The notes: generated from the letters alone by a model not told the origin. A DNA stretch of 64,000 nucleotides from Lepidodermella squamata (GCA_047495785.1 JBLDXI010000011.1:1302001-1366000), one strand, 5' to 3'; positions 24,401 through 38,095 are shown, counted from the first letter of the stretch. Numbers and translations: made by a program.

Positions 24401-26362
24401 CAGTGGATAATCATTAAAATATAAATCAACAAGATTCTGAAACACAAAAGTAACGGAAAAATTTACAAAAAATTGTGAGAATAAATTTCAAATTTTTTTA
24501 AAATTTCACATTTTTAGGCTAAATCAGCCTAATGTCCGTCCCCCTTTGATTTAATTGAAAATTAAAAAAATGTCCCACTTTATATTCCAGATTTTTTATT
24601 TCATCAAAAATTTTAAATTCAAATATTTTCCAAAAATTTCAAATGAATAAAGAAAATCTGATTTTCGGGCAAAAAATTAGAATGGAGGGGTATGTGTAAG
24701 CTTACGCTATTCGGAAGGCGTTGGGTGATGGGACGCGGGCCTCTGTCTTGGTGATGAACTCGGAGATGCGGGCGACGCGCAACAGGCGGTTGATGCGCAC
24801 GATCACGTAAGACGTCGACAAGGCCAGGTAGATGAGGTCGGTCGGCAGTACCGACAGCACGTCGATGACAAACGACGGCGATTTAACGTACGTTTTCGCT
24901 AACAGCTTCAAATCACGTATCAACAGGCCTTGCTCAAGATAGCCTTAAAAAGAAAAATACGATAATAACAAAAATAATAACAACAAAATTTCGAATTTAG
25001 AGAAATTTGAAGGAAATTTTGAACAATTTGAGAAAAAATGGAAATCAAACAAATCCAATAAAATCCAAAACTGGACAATCAACCCAGAAATATTTTGGAA
25101 AATCGAATTTAGGGCGTCTAATTTACGAAAATTCAGGTTCCAGTATGTTGCATGTTTTGCTAATTTAGCCTCCAGAGCGAATATCGATTCAAAGTATCGA
25201 TTTTACAAATCAGTGATTTTTCCGTTATCAGCAGTCTTAGAAGCTAAAATCGATAAATTTTCTAAATACTTTGGGCTTTGGGGTACCAGATGGAGCTAAA
25301 ATGAAAGTTCCATGGTTATAGGATGCGTCAAGAAAGGAAAAGTCGTAATCGGAAAATTGGAACAAGAAAGCTTAGGAAATTGACCAAAATTTTTGAATTT
25401 TAGCTTCTGCTGAGAATTCCGGTGTATCAGTCCCAAATTTGAGCTAAAACCCTAAATTCAAGGCCTAAAAAATTGCAAAAATTCGAACTCCGATGGAAAA
25501 CGTAATTCTTAAACATTCCAAAAATATTCGAACCAGTAAAATTGAGGTTCAAGCGCGAAAATTATGAGTCCTGGCACTGAATTTTCCCGATTTATGGCTA
25601 TTTTGGCCTTAATCGATACTGAAGCCCCTCGTGACCTTGGAATTTTCAATTTCAGCTTCTTGATACCATCAGCAAAGAAGAATTAATCAAACATTGGCTT
25701 CAGAGAATTCTGATATCGGAAAAATCACTGATTTGTTAAATCGATACCAAAAATCGATATCGGCTCTGCAGCGTAAATTGGGACTTCTATCGGTTAGGCA
25801 TGATAACCAAAAGATTCAGATTCTTAGGGAAAACCTGAAACTCGAAAAGCCAGATTTTGGAAACATCTAGTGCCTCAAATTCAGTCCTGGAACCCTAAAA
25901 TTAGGATGCCGTATTTCCACCGAAAAATTCATGAAAAATATGCGAAGCGTTACCTGTTCGAGATTTGACGAACATGTCGAGTAAATAAATAGCATCAGCA
26001 GAATAGTCGAGGCCGAACCACAACTGTTCGTAATCGTGCTGCAACTCGGTAAAAACCGACCGGACAATAATCAACGTCAAGTCATACAACGCCGCCGTAG
26101 CAACAATGCCTATCCACACGTAGTAGGCTGTTGAAGACGTGTCGTAGACGTAGTAGACCAAAAACCAGAAGAACCGCTTCGAAGATTCTGGCAGGTTTCG
26201 AATAGCGGTGATAAACCGCCGAAATTGAGCTGTGACGTAGCGGGACAGCCGGCTTTGCCAGTCGCTAGGCAACGGCGGCTGGTCGACATTGGCCGCCGCC
26301 TCCGGGTCGGTGGTTCCACTCGTCTGGCCGTTGGTTTGAGGCTTCGGTTTTTCGGCCGACAT
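18450..26362 (-). CDS. CNGA: Cyclic nucleotide-gated channel alpha subunit (CNGA/TAX-4-like); exons 26362-25954, 24943-24706, 24436-24302, 23836-23437, 21799-21538, 20778-20366, 18554-18450 (653 aa)
   Basis: [11 protein letters not shown]4 [21 protein letters not shown]-linker [64 protein letters not shown]-terminal leucine zipper. Junction phases sum to an intact frame. The last exon is less certain. Confidence 0.92.
21080..21151 (-). tRNA. tRNA-Glu: tRNA-Glu (anticodon CTC), in a CNG channel intron
   Basis: The reverse complement TCCCTGATGGTCTAGTGGTTAGGATTCCGCGTTCTCACCGCGGCGGCCCGGGTTCGATTCCCGGTCAGGGAA has a canonical cloverleaf, A/B boxes and a downstream oligo-T terminator. Confidence 0.97.
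22552..23127 (+). repeat. Two ~97-bp direct repeats (22552-22647, 23032-23127) of repeat family C; a third, diverged inverted copy at ~18955-19050
   Basis: TTAACCATCTGCGAAT...GTGTCTAAGGTATGTATC...AGAGCGCTAAAGCGAAAGCCGCGCTCTTT occurs twice, nearly identical. Confidence 0.8.
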
Positions 26363-29234
26363 GCCTGAGATGAGACCAAGTTAAGCGGCGAAATTGCTAC
26401 GCTCTAATTGATTTCATAGAGCGCAACAACCCAGGCGAAAATCGAATAAAATGCCAATAAAATTCCTAAAAAAATTAAATTTTTTCAAACATAATATTTT
26501 GATATTATATGAATTTTTCAAGCTGAGAAAATTTGTGACAGAATTTAATTGAATTTTGAGGAATTGTTGGAAAAATTCTCTTAATATTCTAAAAATAAAG
26601 CTTAAAAAGTTTCGAATTTCCATGATCCAAACAAAAAATCATGAAATTCTAAAACTAGAAGATGGGACAAAAAACATCAAAATTTGAGAAAAATTCGAAT
26701 AACCTCAGGATTCCCGAATAATGAGAAATGAGAAAGGGGAATACGAAAAAATTTAATGGAAAAATGAAAGAAAACCCCGAGATAGAATATTTTCTAGAAA
26801 TTGACGCAGTGGGTTTAGAATTTTCAAAATTTCCTAGTAGGAAAATATTTCAACTGAGCAGAGTGGAAAAAAGAGGGCAAGTACAATTGCACGCCAAAAT
26901 AAACATAACTTTTCGGTCTAAATTCTAGAAAAAATAGTTATTTGCCTTTGATATTGCGAAAAATCTCTTGACCGTCCCACAATACTCAATTTCAAACAAA
27001 CAAACAAACAAAATCAGTACAAGGCTCGTAAACTTGTTATTGTGAACGTTAGACAAAACATTACAAAATCAGTTATTTTTATGTCTAGATGGTTCGAAAG
27101 CAATAATTAAATCGCGGCTATTACAAAACAGCGGGTAAATAATTGTGTACTCGACTAGGGTGGCTAAAAAGATGATTACATCGGGCGATTTCGATGTAGC
27201 AAGTGATATTGCAACTTGAATAGCATATGTATTCCTTTTACATTAAATAATATCAGGTAATGATCATCATCTGTGCAACGCCGCTGCTGCCGCGCCGCCG
27301 CCGTCGTCTTAATTTTTATAATTATTGATCAGTGTTTTTCATCGCAAAGAGTTGTAAAAACTTTTGCGATTGCTTTTAGACTAATAGTATTGAAACGAGT
27401 GAAACCGCGCTGTTAAGCCGCAACTCATCGATCCGCGATGCGGCGAGATGCGATACCTTGATCAAGTGCGCCTGTTGCGCGTCATCATCCACCCTTTTTT
27501 CAGCAGCCGCCGCCGTCGCCTAGGCCAATCAAAAACGCTCGCGCTACGAGGAAGCAGTATGTTTGCGATTTCTAAAACAGCGGCTAAGAAGCAACATCGC
27601 CGCCTAGATTTTTTCAAAGCGCTCTAGTGCGCTTCGGGATAACGATTTTGTCCATGATTCACTTTGAAATGTGATACGCGGTGGGGATGGGCAGGTGTAA
27701 AAACACGCCTTGAAGGCGTTTCCGGTAAGCTGAATAGTGAAAAAACGCGTGACTACCTTGGTTGTTTTAATAATACTGTGAGTAAGCTCGCCTCTAGGTT
27801 GCAAAAAATGAAAACATTATTTTCCGCGAATTGCTTTAATGATTCAGCCGTCAGCAATTGCTGGTTAAAGATTAATGAGTATGAAAAGTCAAATTTCAAT
27901 AAACTACAAGCCTTAAGACATTTCGCAATGGAAAATGGAAAGGGATTTTGAACTAATTGCCTGTAAATTTCGATTTGAATGGGAGATTTTTATAAAGTCA
28001 TGAGAAATATCTTCTTCAACCAAATTATGCGTAGTAGTAAGTACAGCAAGAAGATAATGTCGGTGGGGTATCGATGAGCTAACTAGAAGTCGTTGAAAGC
28101 AATGGCCAATTCAATTCAGTTCATACATTAGTGGCCTAAAATATGAGGCTTATGAGGAGCGTAACAGTTCCGCGTGTATGTTTTGTAAGGATTCTTCATG
28201 ATTGCCATGAATTCACCAAACTAGCGGCAGGAAATAAAGATAAACGATGGCATCGCTACACATGATAAATCAAGCAAAATCTTGAATACGTCCATTTAAG
28301 GCAGCATACATACATGGGAAGAGAGTCGCAGCTTATAATAAAATACATTACTAGGGCCTCAGTTTGCCCACATGCAGTTACATCTAGGTACGATTTCTAT
28401 ATTTTAACGGAGCCGTTAAAGATATTAAAATTGGGCTCAGCACTGCCCATAGCCCAAAAAGTTCACTGACGTCGGAAGTGAGAAGCTGGGGAACAAGAAC
28501 GCCACTTATTTAGATCTGTAGGAATTATGGTCATCTGTCTCTTATCTTCTACAGGCAGACTAATTAGGTAAGTTCGACCGAGTTTCCATCGAAAGAAAAG
28601 GACTGACAGAAGAGAGAATCGATGACTTCACTGCGATCAGGTGAGTCTTAGGACGCTAAGGCGAGAGTTACAGAGTAGCGACTAACGGCATTAATTGTCT
28701 TCGGATGCTGAGATAACCCTTTTCTCCACTATAAATAGTTCTTTAGCCACAGTAATAGGATAGTAAGTAGGATTAGTGTTCATGTTAATTTGGACAGTTC
28801 ACCGCATTGCAGAGGAAACCACAGCTCTCCAACGCTCGCGATCTGCGGCTAATTCTTTCAAACGTCTTCAGCGCTATTTAAAGATTGCGGTAGTGAAGGC
28901 AAAACATAGGCCATAGACTGGGTTCTGACCGTATGTGTGGTCATGATTCTACGCCTCAACAGAAAGCACCAAAACAGAACAACAAAACAGCAGAAAGCAC
29001 TGTGCGTTTGGCGTCTTTGGTTACAGATCTTTGAATAGCGCGCTTTTTGAAAATAATTTGTCACCGATGTTTCATTCATACTCGTCAAATTTTGCGTAAT
29101 AATATTTATCTTAGTGTTTTCGAAGTGTAAAATGTTTATTTATATTTTCAAACGGTTTTACGCGGGGTGGGAACATTTTTTTAAGGGACTGTTGGCGGCT
29201 GATTTAAAAGTTTTTTTTGGCTTGGAGCTCGGGT

Positions 29235-29708
29235 TCACAAGTTGCCTGATGCCTGATGCTTGATCTTGCGGTACGTGGTGCGTTCAGAAGCAGCTCGAAA
29301 ATTGCACACGTAGTATTGCGCATGATTTATGCTTTCAGTTAGGGTGTTCCAATAGTCGTTTACACGGAGATCAAATCTGAAACGTGCAGTGGTCAGTGGC
29401 ATGGTAACTGTACTCGTGATCTGTGATAGATCAACCTCCCAAGGATTGTAGCTAGAAAAGGCGTTCATATTGAATAGCTCAACACGCTGGATTTCGGCAC
29501 GGCTTCCGATTCGCTTCAATCCCATCTCGTTTTTGAGCGCAATATAATATTTTCTATCACTTCTAGCTGGTGTGATTTTATTAGCGATCAAAACTGGATG
29601 GTTTGACATGCTCAAGTATGCCCCGGTATTTGAAATCATCTTTTCATTTTCTGTTCTACTTCTCAGTGAATCGTTTGAACTTTGATTCAGAAGTTCAACA
29701 TGATACAA
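29235..29708 (-). mobile_element. Probable decayed non-LTR retrotransposon ORF2 C-terminal remnant
   Basis: ARFRFDLRVNDYWNTLTESINHA..CNFR resembles the F..RVVN.WNSLP...V.A.S...FK end motif of CR1/L2/Jockey-type ORF2. Confidence 0.35.
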
Positions 29709-29910
29709 CTTGAGTAGAGGAGGTTTGCGCTAAGCCTAACTTTATTAAAGCGGACCAAATTGCTTTTCGATTGCGATTAGCATTTAAATACAGTTATATT
29801 GATCTGACCAGGGACATTTTCAGTGGCTTGAATTGCCGTGACTGTTTGAAATATTCAAATTTTTTTCTAGATTTGTTTGCTATACTGAGAGTTTGAAGAA
29901 GATCGGCCAT

Positions 29911-30807
29911 ATGAAGTCATCGGCAGTGAAGCACCTGAGCGCCATTGAAAACCTTCCGGACGAAGTTCTCCTGCAGATACTCAGTTACCTTGATGTCACC
30001 GATATTCACAGCTGTGCACTAGCATGCAAGCGTTTGTCTCGTCTCGCAAAATCTCGATTACTGCTCGAGCCGCTGCTTCGCAAGTGCTTCCAACCCGGCG
30101 TCTTCGACCGCTTTCTCGCCACTGGTTCGGAATCCTTCGGCCAGCTATTCCGCAGTTTAGAGGCTTACTCAATTTTCTCCGTCAATGGTTTGCTGCTTGA
30201 AGACACGGATGAGTTTCGCGTAATGACTGGCACGAGGTACTGCTCAGACCCTATCGCTATTGCAAGGTCCTTGAGATATTCAAGCGACGCTGATTGGCCT
30301 TCCCTTCCATTCCTGTTCCTACGAACATATGAAAAACAAGAAGACGCTTCATGTTGCCTGATTAATCTACCAGAGTTGCTTGACCCTATCTTTGAGGCAA
30401 ATCAGATCCTGCGAATTCCCTTTGTCATCGGCTCGGAGGGAAATCTCGATAAACATAATCCAGTTATCTGCTTCGATTCGGATTTTAATGAAATCCACAA
30501 TTTTTGGCCACACGAGATTATGTCAAGCGCCAAAACTTTCCAATCCTATCCTCCTGAACTGCATTATATATCGCTGAACAATGCCGCTGACGTGCCGATT
30601 CGCTTCATGCTGCCGCCTTTTTTCGATCAGTACTTGAAAGTAAGCCGAGAACACATCCCTGATACGGTCAGTTTTGACCTGGTTAACGGACGCAACGCTG
30701 CACTGTACGGTGACTTTTCGGATTTTCATGATAATTACGAAGCCGACCGCATCAATCGCACTGTGGACCCGGTACCTCATTGGAGGCCACCATACATCAG
30801 AAGATGA
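29911..30807 (+). CDS. F-box protein, most divergent array member (1)
   Basis: IENLPDEVLLQILSYLDVTDIHSCALACKRLSRL. The C-terminal blocks (CLINLPEL, ILRIPFVIG, CFDSDF, YPPELHYI, FMLP) align with the other members. Confidence 0.85.
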   Translation: MKSSAVKHLSAIENLPDEVLLQILSYLDVTDIHSCALACKRLSRLAKSRLLLEPLLRKCFQPGVFDRFLATGSESFGQLFRSLEAYSIFSVNGLLLEDTDEFRVMTGTRYCSDPIAIARSLRYSSDADWPSLPFLFLRTYEKQEDASCCLINLPELLDPIFEANQILRIPFVIGSEGNLDKHNPVICFDSDFNEIHNFWPHEIMSSAKTFQSYPPELHYISLNNAADVPIRFMLPPFFDQYLKVSREHIPDTVSFDLVNGRNAALYGDFSDFHDNYEADRINRTVDPVPHWRPPYIRR

Positions 30808-32100
30808 TTTTATATATTTTCGAAATCCTTTTTTTACGCTGAACGAGTTCGAATACGATTTTTATAAAATTGTCACGACTTTTATGTAACCAGCTTGAGC
30901 GAGCTTGAATTGTCTTCAAATTTGTGGAATGCTATTCTAAAAATGGTTGCAGCATGAGTCGAATCGTAACAGTTGCCGCTTCAATAAATTGCACTTTGTA
31001 TTTTGTTATAATTTTCTCTCAGTATTACGAGTTTTGTACTGTATGATATTGACTGAGCCGATTGTCTTCAAACCTTGTTGCGATTTGAATTTCGAGTAAA
31101 ATATTTACCCGGTTTTGTAATATTTCATGTGTTTATTTTTAGAGTGATTTTCATTATTTATTTATTTCATTTTTCAGCAGAATTCTCTGATTTTCTTTTG
31201 AAGAAACGATCGATTCGATATTTTTGCGATACTTTTCAGATTTCCGTACAATCTTTTTTTAACATCGCTATGTCTTGAAACTTTTCTGGGAGATTTAATA
31301 ATAATTTAGAACTAATTGACAGGTAATTTTAGAGCTAACCTGTTCAAATCCTGCGAATGTCTCTATTTTAAATTAGAAAATTGGAAAATGCCGAGTGGAA
31401 AGTTGACGAAAAGCCGAGTAATTGCGAGGGTTTTAAATTGAGATCTGAATTTTCGGGATGAAGTTTTCGGTTCAAGCGTGCTTATTAAGTGGAAAAAAGA
31501 TTGACTGCCTAAAGGGCCCATTAACTTGAAATTCCAGCAGTGGATTGATTTCCTTACTTTACTCCACATTTTGAATTTTGAAAAGTTCAAATTGAAATTT
31601 TTTATTTTTCGATCGCTTCGTACATTCGAATTTCTGGGCCTGAGAAGGATCTGTTTCAAGCGTAAAGACCTGAAGACCTTGGTTCTCAAGCTCTTTCTTA
31701 CTAGGAAATGCCCTGATTTTAGTGTTCCAGCTATCAATTTGATATGCTATAGCAGCTATATACTTTTCTAAATTTTGCCTATCTCTAAAATCTCAATTTT
31801 TGCCTGGAAAAATTAGAATTAATTAGAACTCATAATTATGCATATTTTATGCTAGCATCGGTGAGTAAAGGACTCGAACTTGAACTTACTGAGCCGATAT
31901 CGATGCCAAATATCGATTTTGCCGATCAGTGAATTTTCAATATCTGAAGTCCTGAAAGCAGCAAAAATTAAAAAAAAAATTAAAAAATTTAAATTTTCCA
32001 AATTTGTACGAATTCGCTGAAATTTTCTTTTTTTTCGACAGTTTCACAAAATTTTTGCTACCTATGCTTCGTTTAGGCTTTATTTAATTGCCTTTATCTA

Positions 32101-32904
32101 ATGGATCGCCTATGCTTGCCATCTCCCAGAATTTCTGTCTCGGATTCGATATCGATCGATGACCTGCCGGATGAGATGCTAATGGCAATTTTCGAGTATT
32201 TACCATTGCCAGAATGGCCGACATGTATGGTGGTTTGCCAAAGATGGCACCGAGTGTTAAATGACGATCTGATGCTGATCAACTTTCTGCAATGCGAATT
32301 TTCCATCAATGCCGTTCCTTGGTTTCTGAAAAGCAGCCGTAAATTGCTGGAAAATTTGAGCACAGCTCTAAAATCAAGCCCATTATTCACCAGAAAAGGG
32401 TTGAGAATCAGTTCTGAAATGTCCCAATTTCCGAAGTTGGATTTAAAGCCAAAAAATATCGGAACTCTTCATGTTTTCGTTCAATCTTTGCGATTTTCCG
32501 ATTCAAAATCATGGAAAAATGAGCCAATTTCGAGTTTTCAAAGCGGCGCCGAACATTTTTTGGTTTTAAATTTGAAAACTTTGATCGAATTATCGGAAAT
32601 TCCGGATTTGATGCAATTATTCGTGCTAATGGTCACAACTGATCGAGGATTTAAAGCCTCGCAGGCCTTGGATGAAACTATTCTTCTCGACGAAGACCTG
32701 GTCCGAGTTGGCCGTCTGAAAAATGTTGGCTCGGCTCTGGTTCTGGAAAATTATTGCCCTGAATTTCATTATTTAGGCATTTTAGGCGATGGTCCTTTCA
32801 CTTTTCAAGCTCTGCTGCCGAGTCAGTTTCGAGAATTCGAAATGAAATTATTGGAAAAGGAGCTTTCCTACCTGGAATTGTTTGATTTTCTGTCCATTAT
32901 ATAA
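32101..32904 (+). CDS. F-box protein, divergent array member (2)
   Basis: SIDDLPDEMLMAIFEYLPLPEWPTCMVVCQRWHRVL; FLVLNLKTLI, LLDEDL, CPEFHYL, LLPSQF blocks. Confidence 0.85.
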   Translation: MDRLCLPSPRISVSDSISIDDLPDEMLMAIFEYLPLPEWPTCMVVCQRWHRVLNDDLMLINFLQCEFSINAVPWFLKSSRKLLENLSTALKSSPLFTRKGLRISSEMSQFPKLDLKPKNIGTLHVFVQSLRFSDSKSWKNEPISSFQSGAEHFLVLNLKTLIELSEIPDLMQLFVLMVTTDRGFKASQALDETILLDEDLVRVGRLKNVGSALVLENYCPEFHYLGILGDGPFTFQALLPSQFREFEMKLLEKELSYLELFDFLSII

Positions 32905-33556
32905 ATTAATATATATATTAAAAAAATGCAAAGATAAACATGTAATTTCAATATTTTTTTGATTTTTCTAAAGCATTTTTTATACCTTGTTGTTTCGATC
33001 GATCCAATATTTTTACCTGTGATCCGTCCGACTTATTTGTGCTCAAAATTTTACTATTTTTGTTAGCGATTTCTTGTTGATAACCTTTTTGTGATAATAA
33101 ACTCGAACGCGAATTTGTTGAAAATGGGCCATATTCATACAATTTTCTGAAAATTTAAATTTAGAAATTTAAAATGACATAAAATGGAAAAAGGAAGTTG
33201 AAGCTTTCAAATATTTAAATCGTTTTCATAGTCGATTTTCGAATATTTTTTGTGTGATGAATTTCAGGGTGTAAATATTTCCAAAATTTCTGAATTTTTT
33301 TCTCGATTATCGGTTTCGGTTTTTTCCTCCTTGATCGATAATGATGCGCCTTACCACCCTGGAATTTTAGGTTTTTGTTGCATGATGCCCTGGGGCATGC
33401 AAAAATTGTCATATTTTGGGAAAATCACTGATTTGTAGAATCGCTACTTAAAATCGATATTGATTCTGTAAGCTGCATCAATTTTGAATATTTTGGGAAA
33501 TTAATGAAAAATTGTTTCGAATTAAATAATTATCTAGGTTTTTAAAGAATCCTTTT

Positions 33557-34206
33557 ATGAAACGATGTTCGCCGGAATCATCGGCAAATTACGCGATCGT
33601 CCGTTGCATCGATTTCGATCAACGATCTGCCGATAGAAATTCTCTTCGACATTTTCCTAAAATTTCTAAAATTTTCCGATTGGAAAAATTGCGTTCTGGT
33701 ATGCCGGAAATGGAACAATATAATCGATTCTGATGAAATGCTCGCAGCTCGTTGGAAACAGGAATTTAGCCTGAATCGCGAGAAACCAATCGATTTTCCC
33801 CGTGATACAAACGTCTTTACAAATTGGCGAAAAATTCAAAAAATTAACGGCAGCTTTTTCTCGAAAAAAAGGAGAAAAAACCCGTGGAAAATTATATGGC
33901 GTGTTTAGACTCGAATTTCGCGCCTGTTCCGACGAAAGCCAAATTTTGTGACGTCGCGTTTGTCATGCCTGAATTGCCTCGAGATGCTCGCTACATCATA
34001 TTCTACTGCAAGGCTGATGATTGCAGGCGGAATAGTGTTTTGCTGCCCTGGCCGATTTGAAAGCGATTTTTTCTGCTGATCGAGAGGAGGAGCGGTGATG
34101 ACGAACAGGAGGAATTGAATAATTATTACCACCTCGGCTATGATAGCGATTCGGAGGGCGACAATCGGTTGCGCTATGATGATGACGATTACGCGATTGA
34201 CATATG
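33557..34206 (+). pseudogene. F-box array pseudogene (3): frameshift and internal deletion
   Basis: ATG AAA CGA start is out of frame with the SINDLPIEILFDIF block. The sequence jumps from FFSK to the CLDSNF block near 33870. An acidic tail remnant remains. Confidence 0.85.
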
Positions 34207-34974
34207 AGGCATTTTTTGCTCTGTAAATTTCAATTTTGAAAACGCTAAAGGAAATACCCCGTTTTGTCGATCTTGAAAAATGTGATATTAACATTTTTAT
34301 TTTCAAAAATACATTTGTAACTATTTTTCGATCCTATTTTCTCGGAAAATGGCACCTTAATTTGCTTGATTTTTTTTTAGATTTCTTAATTTTAAAATTT
34401 TAGAAAATTTTGCTGTCGCTCATCCGAGGCCGAAACCTGTTTCTATCAAAGATTCGCCAGCCGAAATTAAGAGTATTATTTTAATTTTCTGATGCTTGAA
34501 AAATAAGACGGGATTTTTGTACAATTTACATATTCCCTCAGAAAATTCGCCTTTTTCTCGGAACCGTATTTTCTTAATCAGATCGGTCTATATCTCTTTA
34601 GAAGATGTATATTTCAGCTCGACAATCAAAAATTGGTTCAATTTTCGCGATTTCAGACCGATCTAAATAATCCGGCTTTGAGAATCTGGATTTTTAACCT
34701 GTACAATTTCAATTGGAAACATAAACTAGGAACATTTTAAATCATGAATAATTTAACAGTCATATTAACTAGAAGCGACTTATATTTCGGGTCTTTTTAG
34801 ATCCATTTTGCCTTTATACAACGGTTTTTATAAACTGGATTTTTTATAGTTTAATTAGCAGAGGGATTGAACGGCTCTCATCAAATCTATCTTGATAAGG
34901 AATTTAAATTGGCAAAATTTGGTGTGGCATCGATGGCCAAGACAAAATTTGATATTTTTTAGGAGTTTGTAAAA

Positions 34975-35727
34975 ATGAGGCGACGTTCACGCAAATCGGC
35001 CAAATGTAAGAAAACTGCCGTTGAAACTGCTGTTGGTGGAATTTCAATCAACGATCTGCCGAAAGAAATTCTTTTCGAAATTTTCCTAAAATTCCTGAAA
35101 TTTTCTGATTGGAAAAATTGCGTGCTGGTTTGCCGAAAATGGAAGAATTTAATCGACTCGGATGCGATGATCGCAGCTCGTTGGAAGCAAGAATTTAGTC
35201 GCCATCTCAATAAACCATTGGACTCTCCCCACGATTTGAAAGTCTTTACAAATTGGCGAAAAATTCAAAAGAAACGCAGCAGTTTTTTCTCAAAGGATGG
35301 CCTAGTTATAGAGGAATTACACCCGTCCCTAAAACCCATCTATGTGTGGTACGAAGCCGTTAGCGATGAAGATTTTCTACTCTACAACAAATTGTCAAAA
35401 TTTGAAAAAGCCGCGAAATCATTGGCTAGACATCGGAAAAAAATCGTTAATCGAATAAGCTTTTTAGAAACGGACGTGGGCACATTCTGGCTGGTCGACC
35501 TTGAGAAAGTAATCCCCGGTTTCTCATCATTGGCGAATTTGGTGAAAATTCTGAAATTTCCCCTCGTTATCGGACGATTCAGCTACAAAAATGAGAGGAA
35601 ACCCGTTGAAAAATTGCTGGCTTGCCTGGACTCGAATTTCAAATCAATTCCTTTTGAGGCGATTTTTCATGAAATTGCAATTTTCATGTCTGAATTACCC
35701 GAAAATTGCCGTTATATTATGGTATAA
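34975..35727 (+). CDS. F-box array member (4), C-terminally truncated (lacks WLPWPSQ and tail); possible pseudogene
   Basis: Close paralog of 40193..41122, but homology stops at CRYIMV* and the missing part was not found downstream. Confidence 0.75.
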   Translation: MRRRSRKSAKCKKTAVETAVGGISINDLPKEILFEIFLKFLKFSDWKNCVLVCRKWKNLIDSDAMIAARWKQEFSRHLNKPLDSPHDLKVFTNWRKIQKKRSSFFSKDGLVIEELHPSLKPIYVWYEAVSDEDFLLYNKLSKFEKAAKSLARHRKKIVNRISFLETDVGTFWLVDLEKVIPGFSSLANLVKILKFPLVIGRFSYKNERKPVEKLLACLDSNFKSIPFEAIFHEIAIFMSELPENCRYIMV

Positions 35728-37147
35728 TATATCTAACCATTTTTTCCTCCTAATGTCATGACTTATTTCGAATTTATTAATTGAATTTTTTAAACCTGAG
35801 CAACCTTAATGAAAAGAGAGCAAGAATCGCGACAAATTCCACAGGTCCACCACCTCGGGATAAATTGAAAATTGAGGTTCATTTATTTCAATTTTTAATT
35901 TTTCGTACATATTATTTCTGTATAACAAAATCACATTTCGTTCCTATTTTTAATTTAATTCCAGCTGAAAACGTAAAGGAAATTCCAGCGGACTAATTTT
36001 TTGGTTTTTCAAAACAAAAAACGGGATTCCGAAATCTTAGCCAATTTTTCCGCGTGAAATAGGTAGTTATTAGCGAAGGGCCCTAACAACCCTAACAACG
36101 AAATTTGGAAAAACTCCAAAATTGACCTAAACCTAACCGTGAACCCTATAACCAAGCCCTAGCCTTAAACCTGAATCTTTATTTCAACCCCTAACCCCAA
36201 CTCTTAATTTTGCTGAAAAACACAATTTTATGAAAAAAATATGTATGAAAGAACGCTTCGTAAGAATTATCTCCCAAAGTTGGCGATTTTTGCCCTCATC
36301 AATGAACCTTACGACCCTGTGATTTTTGCTTTATAGTTAACTGGAACCTGGAACCCTTTAAGATACCTTTTAATCGCTTGGCGAGGGTTGCAAGACTTAC
36401 TTTTGCCTGAGATAGAATAGAACAGGAATTCGATGGATTGCCCGCGTGTGTGTTAAATTTAGTTCGAACAGCAATCCTTCGTCTAGAGTCTAGAAGCCTG
36501 CAAGTCTACAAGTCTGAACACGAATCTACTCTGTTTAGTATTAATAGGCCGGATCGGCGCTGGCTAGTATTGACGTCACTGCATAGTGTTAGGCAGAACA
36601 ATAGCCACATACGATACCGGCGCTAAAACCTTCATGCCTTTCTCGTGTAATAACGTGCCGTCATGCTTGGACGGTTTGTGTGAATCAAGTGTTTAAGTAG
36701 ATTTTCCGCCTAATATTGTAAATTTTGCTTTCAGGAATGCTGATAGTAGGTATAGGTAGAAATAACTAATTTTCCTATAAAAGCTATACTTGAAATTGAT
36801 ATCGGATATGAAGGAAACTGTTTACTAAAATCGCCTAATTCGCTTTTTAAATCTTTCGGCTAGATAAAATTAGATTAAAGGACACCCAGAAACTCGAACA
36901 ACTTTATTTCTAGAAACTTGATGACTTGGATCGGAACACAGAATTTACGGCTAGCATTTGAGTAATCCTCGGAAGGTCGATATTAAAAATTACCATCAAG
37001 TTGAGCATAATAACCTGGATTAGGTTCGTTCAATTCATTGATTTTAAATTATTTTGGAAAATTATTTGATAATTCTGTGAATATTATCGTCTTGTCCCCA
37101 ATGCCGCATTGACAATTTTTAGAATTTTACTGTAAAAATTCCCTGCT

Positions 37148-37996
37148 ATGGATCGATGCCAGCCAGGCTTGGTGGCGGCATCATTATCCGTTGCTTCAAT
37201 TTCAATCAACGATCTGCCGACGGACATTCTTTTCGATATTTTCCTGAAATTCCTGAAATTTTCAGATTGGAAAAATTGCGTTCTGGTTTGCCGGAAATGG
37301 AACAATATAATCGATTCGGATGCGATGATCGCAGCTCGTTGGAAACAGGAATTTAGTCGTTATCTCAAAATGCGATTCGTTTCTCCCCAGGAGAATCCCC
37401 AAGAGAAATCAGTTGATACAACGTATTTTACAAATTGGCGGAAAATTCAAAAATTCAACGGCAGCTTTTTCTCGAAAAATGGCCTAATTCTAGACCATTT
37501 GGACCCTAACGAGATCGACTTCTCGGGCAATGACGTGATTACAATTGACGCCGCCATAAAATTACTGGGTCAAAATCGCGAAAAGGTCATCCATCCAATC
37601 AGTCTTTTGAGATTCCACACGAACGATTATTGGCTGATCGACCTTGAGAAAGTAATCCCCGGCTTTTCGCTAGCAGATCTGTTAAAAAACCTGGAATTTC
37701 CCCTCGTCTGCAGATATTGCAATTGTAATTATACAATGAGAAAGCCTGTTACAGATTTTCTGGTGTGTTTAGACTCGAATTTCGTGCTCGTTCTCATGTC
37801 CACTTTTTGTGACGGCAGCACTTTTGCCATGCTTGACTTGGATCGAGATTCTCGCTACTTGTTAATACATGATAGCACGTTTTCTAGTTTATGGCTGCCC
37901 TGGCTGAGCCAGTTGGACGAATTTAAAAAGTTTAATAATCTATTAATATGGCCGCGGCATTACAGACACTTATTTTCGAAGCCGTCTTTGCCGTAA
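37148..37996 (+). CDS. F-box array member (5)
   Basis: SINDLPTDILFDIFLKFLKFSDWKNCVLVCRKWN plus the full family C-terminal domain. Confidence 0.9.
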   Translation: MDRCQPGLVAASLSVASISINDLPTDILFDIFLKFLKFSDWKNCVLVCRKWNNIIDSDAMIAARWKQEFSRYLKMRFVSPQENPQEKSVDTTYFTNWRKIQKFNGSFFSKNGLILDHLDPNEIDFSGNDVITIDAAIKLLGQNREKVIHPISLLRFHTNDYWLIDLEKVIPGFSLADLLKNLEFPLVCRYCNCNYTMRKPVTDFLVCLDSNFVLVLMSTFCDGSTFAMLDLDRDSRYLLIHDSTFSSLWLPWLSQLDEFKKFNNLLIWPRHYRHLFSKPSLP

Positions 37997-38095
37997 AATC
38001 GACGTCGAACAAGAGCTGTTAGGGTCAAATCACACGTCTGGGGGCAAAAATATGCCGATACAGCCGACTTTAATATCGGCTCTAGTACATTTCTA

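Noticed and set aside
36080-36202. Degenerate CCTAA/CCCTAA telomere-like repeats
   Set aside because: Short and irregular; typical of repeat-element interiors rather than a telomere or fusion site.
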